Shown here: piece by piece, positions 22,358 to 31,036 of the stretch | Numbering within the stretch: position 1 is the stretch's first letter | Layout: each line of letters starts with the position of its first letter | Assembly: GCA_937625935.1 (NCBI GenBank) | Contig: OW569371.1 | Coordinates: 372,001 to 436,000, forward strand | Length of the DNA stretch: 64,000 nt | From: Tetramitus jugosus | Lineage: Eukaryota > Protista > Heterolobosea | Direction: 5' to 3' | Made by a program: the position numbers and the translations under genes | Notes under the pieces: model-generated | Told to the model about the DNA's origin: nothing | What the model saw: only the letters and a program-made list of their open reading frames with translations | Databases searched by the model: none

Positions 22358-22777
22358 CAAAAATTATCCAAAAATCGATCGCAAAAAATCAATGAAAGAC
22401 AAGACAACAAAGGAGCATGTATTGAGGACGTCATTATTGCTATATGAACTCTTCTGATCTACATCATAAGTTCATCCTGATCTTCCATGTTGTCCTCAGT
22501 GCCTTCATTGTCATCCTCCATCGGATCCCCCTCTTGTTGTTCATCAACAACTTGAGAGTTGTTGTTGCTTTCAGAGATCTCTGCCAAGGATTGAGTTGCT
22601 TGATGATTCCAGTGAGTAACAACCTGGTTGGCTGAACTGGACAACATGTTGCTGGATCCTGGTAATATTACAGCCAATCCCAATCTTGGTTGGTTGTTGT
22701 CGATGCCTTGCTGCAATGTGACACTGAAGGGTGGGTTGTTGTTGTCCATCTGGATAACAACCTGGATGCTCCCAGGG
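22358..22777. repeat. Copy B of the roughly 420-bp segmental duplication
   Basis: Matches 17403-17829. Confidence 0.9.
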
Positions 22778-22812
22778 ATCTGTGAGGTGTTTTGCATGGA
22801 TGAGAATGGCAT
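22459..22812 (-). CDS. Small acidic disordered protein (117 aa), apparent source copy of the local family
   Basis: Intact ATG-to-TAG ORF with paralogous segments nearby. Confidence 0.6.
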   Translation of the reverse strand: MPFSSMQNTSQIPGSIQVVIQMDNNNPPFSVTLQQGIDNNQPRLGLAVILPGSSNMLSSSANQVVTHWNHQATQSLAEISESNNNSQVVDEQQEGDPMEDDNEGTEDNMEDQDELMM

Positions 22813-23458
22813 TTCAATTGGTTAATAGCTCTATGGATGGGTAGTGTAGGTAGACAGTAGTACAGTGGGCGCTGAGTCGTATTTGAGCTCACGCCGCGAC
22901 ATTTCCTGTGTACATTTTTTTTCTTAATTTTTTGTCCAGGTGTTCATGTGCAAAAAGAAGCATGAGGCTGGTGAATTTTTTCTGTTGCTCGATCGAAAAA
23001 TTTTTTCTCGCTCAGACGAACTCTGGTGCTTTCAGAGTTTCTTTCGAAAACTTTTTCTTGCGCTCCTGCGTCGCACCATGAAATCGAAAAATCCCAACAG
23101 CAATCAAAAGGAATGCCCTGTTGAATCGCCAAACATGTGTTGCAAAAAAGTCGCAAAGACCAGCAGTTGGCAAAACAAAAGAAAAACGATCGCGTGCCCC
23201 ATCAAAAGGAAATGATGAAGAATCGACAAAACGAAACACATTACACCAATGGCGTACGCCATCATTGGAACAAAAAATCCCTGCTTCAGATCTGAGTCAT
23301 CAGTCGCTCAACACGGCCACATTGAGCACTCGATCAGTTTGACCAAATTTTCTTGGTCATATTTCACAAGTGCACAACCATTGATTGGCAATCAATCATA
23401 TCAGAGCTAGACCAACGTGTATGTCTGACGACTGACAAGTTTATTGATACAATGATGA

Positions 23459-24670
23459 TCACATTTGAGTAACGATATCAACATTGGTCAATACCATTTT
23501 GGTGGTGTATCCGAACAGCCGAGGGAATGCCCTGACAACGGTCACAGCACTACAGTGACTGGCAGTGTAGAACGTAATACGATTGGCCACACATGAACTT
23601 TTCATGTGCTCGACCATGTTGGGTCTACAATGCTTGAATCTTCTCTCAAGGAACGTGTCCGATACTCTTTTGAGCTCGTTTGTCATCCAACCAGTGGTGT
23701 ATGGAACATCTGGACTATATTCAACAGATTCATTGCTGTATACACCATTGTTTGTGTGCACAATCACTCTTGCCTCAGCTGAGGACACATGAGTTACAAT
23801 AGTCATGGGTAATCGATGTTTCATATCCAGTTCAATGAGGAACGGAACGTTGTTGTATTGATTACCGGACAAATTAGGAAATCCACAGATCAATACTCTT
23901 TGACTCTCTGTGACAAAGATGGAGTGATTGAAGGCGCATTGTGCAATCATCACTTTTTCCTTAATCGTGTCCAATGGAATCAAATCCCTGTCTGTTTCGC
24001 CTGTACCGAGCTTGTTAGAGTCGGATTGTTCACCACAGACATACACTTTCCCGTCCTCATCTAGCATATTGGCATGGAAGTAAGCACCACTCATACTCAC
24101 AATCTTCTTGTTCGATTTGTATGTCAGTGGTAAGTAGTCATCTGATTCACCGAGGAACCAACTTGTTTGACCCATGACAAACACACGATTCTTGCTCGTG
24201 TAAACCAGAGAGCTACTGAAACAAACAGCAGCCAACAATGGATATTCACCTTCATCCAGAAACGTAACAATACGTGTCAGTGAATTCATTTGTGTTGGTG
24301 AAGTCTGACCCGTCAGTGAATAACTATTCTCGCCAATGGCAAACAACTCGTTCTCTGTAGAGAACAAGAGCAGAATATTGTTTCCACCTACAATGTCCGT
24401 AAAGAGCTTGTCTTCCAGTCCACCAGAGTCAAACAGCAACAACTGAGAGTGAGACGGTGATCCCTTTGAAAATTGAGTCAACGGCACACTACCTAAAGAA
24501 CCAATGCCATACACTCTGCCACTCCAGCTGAGAATAAATGTGCCTCCACTCGTCGAACAAACTTTCTTGATACCGTCTCGGATTGTGTGATGCACAAAGT
24601 CTGCTCTCTCTTCAAATGTAAAAAATTCGTCTGGTCTTGTCACACAGATTGAAGATTGTTGTTGTGACAT
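23459..24670 (-). CDS. RCC1/BLIP-II-like beta-propeller protein
   Basis: Repeated RCC1-like units (GRVYGIG, ELFAIGENSYSLTG, GAYFHANMLDEDGKVYVCGE..KLGTG, CAFNHSIFVT). Confidence 0.75.
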   Translation of the reverse strand: MSQQQSSICVTRPDEFFTFEERADFVHHTIRDGIKKVCSTSGGTFILSWSGRVYGIGSLGSVPLTQFSKGSPSHSQLLLFDSGGLEDKLFTDIVGGNNILLLFSTENELFAIGENSYSLTGQTSPTQMNSLTRIVTFLDEGEYPLLAAVCFSSSLVYTSKNRVFVMGQTSWFLGESDDYLPLTYKSNKKIVSMSGAYFHANMLDEDGKVYVCGEQSDSNKLGTGETDRDLIPLDTIKEKVMIAQCAFNHSIFVTESQRVLICGFPNLSGNQYNNVPFLIELDMKHRLPMTIVTHVSSAEARVIVHTNNGVYSNESVEYSPDVPYTTGWMTNELKRVSDTFLERRFKHCRPNMVEHMKSSCVANRITFYTASHCSAVTVVRAFPRLFGYTTKMVLTNVDIVTQM

Positions 24671-25440
24671 GTGTGTTCCTTCTTGCTCTTGGTTTTGTGG
24701 TCGTTTCCCAAAAAACCAAAGTTCGTTCCTCTGAACACAAGTTCAAAACCAACAAAAGATTGGGGGAAGACAACACAGAGAATTTGCAAAGGATTGGAAA
24801 CTTCTATTGATTTTGAAATAAGAAACCCGTCAGTATGACCAGGAAGCCCCCAAGCAAGCAGCCGAAGCCACCAGTTTGTAGCGATCATCAACATACGAGG
24901 ATGAAGAAGCACAAGGCTAGCATAGCATCCAGTACAAAATTCACGCTCAGGCCAACGGTCTATACATCCTCATCCGGGAGATCACGTTCCGTGATTTTAT
25001 AGGGTGTTTAAGTACGACTTCAGAAATAATCCTGACGAAGTACAGTCATGTTTCAAATCAATGATGTTGCTCAAATTATTTGCAATTTATGGTAGTACTT
25101 CGGGTAGCGGAAACCAAACTCACATGTGGTACGGGTATGCACAAAAATGTGGAAGATGAACCGACATCTACAAATATATTGATCCCCACTCATGAACACG
25201 ACAAATTGTTCAGGAAGTGACCTAAACAATACATACATGGCCACAGACTCGAAGTTTCGTTGTCTGATGTTGATTTTCATGAATACTTATGAGAGTAGCT
25301 CTTCTACGTTGGAATGGGGTGTATGTACCAACTGGCACTTGTGGAAACTTACTTCTTTCGTTGGCGCGGATTTGAAAATGTGACACTTCCGAATAGCTGT
25401 TTGTCCAGCACAACATCCTCCTCAACAAAAGAGATCTTAT

Positions 25441-25513
25441 TAGCAATTCCAGGTATCGATCCTGGGACCTACGGGTTATGAGCCCGTCGCGCTAACCGCT
25501 GCGCCAAATTGCT
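25441..25513 (-). tRNA. Initiator tRNA-Met (CAT)
   Basis: 73-nt cloverleaf AGCAATT...AATTGCTA with an A1:U72 pair, three G:C pairs in the anticodon stem, T-loop ATCGATA (A54/A60) and TTTT shortly downstream. Confidence 0.97.
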
Positions 25514-25542
25514 TGGTGATAGTTTCTTGATAAGGACCTTTG

Positions 25543-25557
25543 GTCACTCTCGAAATT
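25543..25557 (+). repeat. Left target-site duplication GTCACTCTCGAAATT
   Basis: Identical 15-mer at 26877-26891. Confidence 0.93.
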
Positions 25558-26876
25558 TAAAAAAAAACGCAGAAAAAACGGAATCACATGTCTGGTGATT
25601 CAACAAATTTGGTGAAGGAATACGGCAACAGCCGTTATGCAGTGTGGACCACTGCACGGAAAGGCACGAGGCCAAGTGACAGAGAGGTCGTCATTACTGG
25701 CAACGGTAATGGCGTCTCTCAGTCATCTTTGGCAAGAAAGATTGGAGAGGAGTTTGGTGACTGGCTCAACCGAGTCCAAGTCATCAAGAGGAAAGGCCAG
25801 CAACGCTTTGTTGCATGGGTGACGGTCAAGGGTGACCGCATCTATGACTTTGTTGATTTGTTCAACAAGCAAAGGAGGATTGGCAATAGCACTGCTGCAC
25901 CCAAGCGCAGTGTTGATTGCACAAGAAAGGTGGTCGTCCATGGCATGAAGAACATGTCAGTGGACGACATCAAGAAGCTACTGGGACCTGAAAAGGTCGC
26001 CAGTGTGCTCAAGAAGCGTGACACTGCTTTCGTGGTCATGGGTGATGAAACCTATGCACAAGCAGTGCTCACCGGAGAGAACAAGGTAAAGGCCACGGTC
26101 ACTCGATACGTCGAGAGACCACATGATCCTCTCAAGGCCGTCAACAAGAGGTTGACAAAGATGTACGAGGAGCTGCTGACGGTGGTTGACGCACTGCGTC
26201 GACAGGTCACAGAACTCACCAAGGAATTGGCAAAGACAAAGTGCCAAGAGGGCAACAAACCGGTTCCGATACCGGAACAAGAAGTTGCACAAAGAACTGC
26301 TCCTGGTTTGATGGAGACAGAAGAACAAAGGAGTGCAACACCACTGCCAACAGTGCCTGTTGCACAGCTCAGCGCTGAAAATCAGCAAATCCTGGAGCAA
26401 GTGAATGCCACTTCTCCAGTGTTTGCTAGAGCGAAGAAGGAAATTGCTGCATTGGCACTAGCCAGTGCACGCAAAAGGTATGGTTTGACTGAGGACGAAC
26501 CAGTCATTGTGGATGTGGACGACGACTCCGAAAAGGAGATTCAAAGTCCACAACTCAACGACAACAAGAAGAGGAGTGCTAGGATCACACTGGGTGATCT
26601 GAGGAGCAACAAGGCCCAAAACAAGAAAACAACAACAGATGGCTCTGTGTCCATCGGCGGTCCTACTACAAGGTTACGCTCTTTGATGAAGGGCATCAAT
26701 CAAAACACTCACCTGAGTGATTCTTCCAACCTGTAGGTGCACCGTCGGGGACAACAAGAGAAGAAGAGTGAGCGACGCCCTACGGGTCGTCACTCACAAA
26801 ACAAGTCAATAAATGAGCAATCGTGTGCTTGCGCACACTTGGTTGTATGGAACAAAAAAAAAAAACAAAAAAAAAA
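25558..26876 (+). mobile_element. Non-autonomous, poly(A)-tailed, ORF1-only retroelement inserted 44 bp upstream of tRNA-iMet
   Basis: 15-bp TSD, A12-C-A10 tail at 26854-26876, AATAAA at 26808, single intronless ORF; the empty site is preserved in the flank of the paralogous tRNA at 27309. Confidence 0.88.
25588..26736 (+). CDS. LINE ORF1-like protein: two RRM-like domains, coiled coil, disordered basic tail
   Basis: REVVITG...RFVAWVTV and RKVVVHGM...SVDDIKKLL...DTAFVVM..ETYAQAVL fit the RNP2/RNP1 pattern; heptads LTKMYEELLTVVDALRRQVTELTKELAK. Confidence 0.7.
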   Translation: MSGDSTNLVKEYGNSRYAVWTTARKGTRPSDREVVITGNGNGVSQSSLARKIGEEFGDWLNRVQVIKRKGQQRFVAWVTVKGDRIYDFVDLFNKQRRIGNSTAAPKRSVDCTRKVVVHGMKNMSVDDIKKLLGPEKVASVLKKRDTAFVVMGDETYAQAVLTGENKVKATVTRYVERPHDPLKAVNKRLTKMYEELLTVVDALRRQVTELTKELAKTKCQEGNKPVPIPEQEVAQRTAPGLMETEEQRSATPLPTVPVAQLSAENQQILEQVNATSPVFARAKKEIAALALASARKRYGLTEDEPVIVDVDDDSEKEIQSPQLNDNKKRSARITLGDLRSNKAQNKKTTTDGSVSIGGPTTRLRSLMKGINQNTHLSDSSNL

Positions 26877-26891
26877 GTCACTCTCGAAATT
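26877..26891 (+). repeat. Right target-site duplication GTCACTCTCGAAATT
   Basis: Immediately follows the poly(A) tail. Confidence 0.93.
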
Positions 26892-27308
26892 GAACAAATT
26901 TTTTGTATTTCGTAGTGTCGGAGTTGTTCTTCTTTACTCCAAGACTACAGCAACAAACAAGTGAAAGGACCCAATGTATGGTTAAGATTTATTTGATCGA
27001 ATAATAAGCATTAATGGGCTGGTTTCGATCAACAAGTAGAATTGATTGACTTGAACGATAACACAATTGTGGGACGAACTCTTCCAATTTTTGGAAGAAG
27101 TGCACGTGAATGCCTCGAACTAAGATTTCGAAAGAGGATACACCAAGGTTAACAGGTAACGCCTTTCTTTTGGGAGACAATCAAGGAGATAAGGCTATCC
27201 AAGAATTGAGTTACGGGTGTTTCATCTCATAACTCCGATTCTTCGCAATACAAAAAATTTGTTCAATTTCGAGAGTGACCAAAGGTCCTTATCAAGGAAC
27301 TATCACCA

Positions 27309-27381
27309 AGCAATTTGGCGCAGCGGTTAGCGCGACGGGCTCATAACCCGTAGGTCCCAGGATCGATACCTGGAATTGCTA
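27309..27381 (+). tRNA. Initiator tRNA-Met (CAT), identical inverted copy
   Basis: Exact reverse complement of 25441-25513; TTTT about 12 nt downstream. Confidence 0.97.
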
Positions 27382-27642
27382 ATAGGACGTCCTTTTGAAC
27401 CTGTCTAGACTTGGAGGTTGTCAGGGAGTGCTCTCCATCGGCTGCAGTCCTTCAATGTCAGCTCTTTTTCCGACGTAGTGAGAATGTTAACCAACAAAAA
27501 CTGTTCAGAGTGGTCTCCGTTGTTAAATGACTCAAGAACATTGAGGTATCATCGAATTGATGGAGCCTGGCAGGTTTCCGCCCGAGCGGCACCGACTAAG
27601 TATTTATTCTTTAAAAATTGGAAAGCAAAAGAATTGGATTTA

Positions 27643-28725
27643 TTACTGTACTTTCTTTTTAGATGCAGAGGAGCCAGGTGTTAGCAAAAGACGGAAAAAG
27701 GTCTTTGGTCTCGTACAACACAATGCCACACCATACCTGTACACTGCTAGTACCTGAATTGCATCATCGTGCCAATGTTGTGCATTTGTATACATTAAAA
27801 ACTTTTTGTAAAAAGTCCACACCAAGTTGCCATTCTCTATGATTTGTATCTCATTGGCAAGTGCTTTCTTTTGCACAGAATTCCAAATCTTTGAGCTCTG
27901 AACACAATTGTACAGTGACTGTTTGGCAATAAACGAGCTCTCAACGTTCCACTCCTTGTACAGCAACTGAACTAGACACTGATTACGAAAATCGTGTAAA
28001 TCGTGCAATAGTGTCATCTCATAATAGTTCTTGACCAGGTAGTGGAATCTCTTGTTGATGAGCTTCACGTGACTCAATAGCTCCACATGACTCAGATAGG
28101 GGAAGATTTGATATTGGATCACATCTGTGGGTACTTGATAATTGAGCATGATGGCTGCTGTTTTCACATCTCCCAGTAGATCAGCCTCACTCAAATTTTC
28201 AAAAATCATGGAGCCATCCTGGTGATTTTGAGAGTCGTCGCCATACACTTTCCTGTTGTAAAGTGGTGAGTCAACCGGCGATACTTTCCCCGATTGTGTA
28301 GCAGGAGAAACAGTCAGAACATCCTTTCTGGCCATCCATTCTTCCTCCTTGTTGTGCAAATGAGAAAATAGAGCAAATAGCAACAGCAAGCTCAATGCAC
28401 TGGTGATTCATTTACAATTGGACTGTACAGTTAGAAATCATCACACAACAAACAAAACAGCCAACATAATAAACACAAGCCAAACGTCACGCACGGCAAA
28501 AAATACAAAAAAAACCACTTACACAGCGATAAAAACAGTAGCTAAAACGATCACAACAGGCAATGCAATCAGAATAATCAATGACGTCACAATAAACAGC
28601 GTAATGTGCGTAGCAACTGAAAAACATGTCTTTAGAAATCGATGTAATATCATTTGTATGATCAAGCTCACTTGTTGATCCAACTGATGTTGTTGTTGAT
28701 TTGCTGGTGTTGTAGCTGCTTGCAT
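27643..28725 (-). CDS. F-box protein with N-terminal transmembrane region; exons 28725-28523 and 28399-27643
   Basis: F-box VPTDVIQYQIFPYLSHVELLSHVKLINKRFHYLV; intron GTAAGT...CTAAC...CCAG (28522-28400) joins two hydrophobic stretches in frame. Confidence 0.65.
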
Positions 28726-29102
28726 GATCTATCTGATGATGAGGTGAGTCTCGATGCGATATATACAAGAAGTGTGATGTCAAATTAGAGAGAGTCTTTT
28801 CTATCGTCGTAACAAGTTGTCTGTTAATTGATCGCTTTTCATCCAGACAGTCGTATCTGTTGACTTTCAAAACTTGTGTTCTTTGGTCGTGGGGCTCTCG
28901 GCTTATTTTTTGTGATCTGTGATCTTTATCGGCGAATTGATGGAGAAACAGAAAAATTCCGAGAGTTTTCACGCGTTGTAAAAATCCCAAAAGATTCACC
29001 TTCAAATGTTACAGTGTTGGATTATTGTTTTATTTTGTGTTATTAATTTCGTTATTACTTCGCTTTTGGGTTCAATTCGCGAAATTTCATGTCACTAAAG
29101 AC

Positions 29103-30653
29103 TTAGTTGCCGCGAGGAATGGCCTTGTGTTCCAACAGCATGTGGTTGTCTGCTGGCACACCTATCAGGGCCTTCAAAATATTGTGAATGCAGTTCAATT
29201 GCTTGAACAAGGCATTGACAACAGGGGTCTGCTCAGGGACCATTGGTGCCTTGAGCAAATAGCTCAAAATGCTCAAAACAACATCAAACTTTTGATATTC
29301 TGTTCCTTCAGTCTTCCATTGGACACGTTGCATCAATTCAGTCAAAATGACCAAATCCAAAATCAATGGAGTAGCCAACAAGGAGTCTTCACAAGTGTTG
29401 TGCAAGACGATAGTGTTTGAACCACCCATAAAGATACGTGACATGTACTCGTCCATGGCTCTCTTGCTATCAGCGACACGAGGCACATACTTGATGACAA
29501 CAACATGATCAGGATAAGACTCCTTATTTGGATAGAGAATCTTGTTGCTTTCGACCATGTCGTCCACAACGTTTGACTTTGAAATCTCCTTGCTTCTGAA
29601 TTGAGCAGGTGCACTCAAATTCTTACCGTCATTGTTACCCAAATGATTGTAGGAAACAATGCTCTCTGGCTTAATACCAGCACCAACGAGGAAATCAACC
29701 AAGACAGACTTAATCTTTGTTTGACCAGACTTAAAGTCATCACCAGCAATAAACACGTCGTGTCTCTTGGCCAACTCGACCAAACCAGGAACAAAAGTGT
29801 TTTGAGGGCTGCCGTTAATGTAGGAAACACCTTCCAAAATGGAAGCTACACAGTAGAGACTCGATGGAGAAATTTCGTGCTCATTCTTTTCAATGGCGGC
29901 CAACAAGTGATCCGCAGTGTCGTTCAATCCAGGTACAATATCAACAAATCTCTCAGTGTTGGCAGTCCACAACACAATGACATTGTCAACCTTTTGCTTC
30001 ATTTCTTGAATGTCACGACGAATGGCCTCAATTTGCTCCTTCTTGCTCAAAGTAGCCTCATAGACATTGTCAGCTCTAGTGCTCTGATTGGCAGCAATGA
30101 AATCATTGTCAAACAATGATCTTCTTGGCTTCATGTTCTCCATGTGAACCTTTAATTGTTGTTGCAAGTCATAGGGAAGGACCTCTGCTCTTTGCATCGA
30201 CTCGTACAAATTGGCGCCAGAAATATCCCAACCGTCAATCTCCAAATCATTTGGATGAACCATTGGCAACAATTGATTCAATGGAACGTAGACATTTTGG
30301 CCCAAGTGAACAGTGCTGGCTTGAGTGATACTACCGAGCCAATCAGACTTTTGAACACCTTCCTTTGTGTTCCATGTGAGACCTAGCTTGTTGGCAATGA
30401 CTCCAGCAGTAAATGTGCTTCCATTGTTTCCTCCCCAACCAACGAGCATGACACCGAGCTTTGGTAGCTTTGTTTCAGTCTTGAATGTGTACTTTGTGGT
30501 GGTGGGTGTGACAGTGATGGATCCGTTGACTGGGTCTTGAGACACTGTGGTGTTCTGGTAGTCGTATTGAGTGATGATGGAGTCTTCAGTGTAGTTCACA
30601 TGGGGTGAGTTGACCTTGATGGTGTTGTTGTTGTTGTTGTTGGATGATGACAT
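29103..30653 (-). CDS. INO1: Myo-inositol-1-phosphate synthase
   Basis: [58 protein letters not shown]. Confidence 0.97.
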   Translation of the reverse strand: MSSSNNNNNNTIKVNSPHVNYTEDSIITQYDYQNTTVSQDPVNGSITVTPTTTKYTFKTETKLPKLGVMLVGWGGNNGSTFTAGVIANKLGLTWNTKEGVQKSDWLGSITQASTVHLGQNVYVPLNQLLPMVHPNDLEIDGWDISGANLYESMQRAEVLPYDLQQQLKVHMENMKPRRSLFDNDFIAANQSTRADNVYEATLSKKEQIEAIRRDIQEMKQKVDNVIVLWTANTERFVDIVPGLNDTADHLLAAIEKNEHEISPSSLYCVASILEGVSYINGSPQNTFVPGLVELAKRHDVFIAGDDFKSGQTKIKSVLVDFLVGAGIKPESIVSYNHLGNNDGKNLSAPAQFRSKEISKSNVVDDMVESNKILYPNKESYPDHVVVIKYVPRVADSKRAMDEYMSRIFMGGSNTIVLHNTCEDSLLATPLILDLVILTELMQRVQWKTEGTEYQKFDVVLSILSYLLKAPMVPEQTPVVNALFKQLNCIHNILKALIGVPADNHMLLEHKAIPRGN

Positions 30654-31036
30654 GGTTGTTGTTGGGAGTACCAGGAGCAAAAAAAATTGGGTTTGTTGTT
30701 GTTTGTGGTGATGATGATGTGTGTGTTTTAACACTTTTTATTTTCGAGGGCTTGGGTGTGTATGCGTGGCTGCGGTGTGTGGAGTGTCCTTTGGATTCCC
30801 GTTTTTTTTAGCGCTCACGTCTAAATTTTTCCTTGGACGCCACATGGTTTCCAAGCCATGAGGAACAAACTTTGTGCAGCTGGGAGATCATGCATGCGCT
30901 CTCGCACAAAGGATTTCAATGATAGGGAAAATTCATATGTTGTGGGAAGGACAAGTTTATCACTCGCGGAAAATTTTCGATAATGACATCACGCAAGGCA
31001 ATCAAAATCAATTTGGTGACGTCCTAATTTTCCGGA

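Noticed and set aside
25441-27381. DNA transposon with tRNA-containing terminal inverted repeats
   Set aside because: No TSD outside the tRNAs and no transposase motif; the internal TSD plus poly(A) explains the structure as a retro-insertion into a pre-existing inverted tRNA pair
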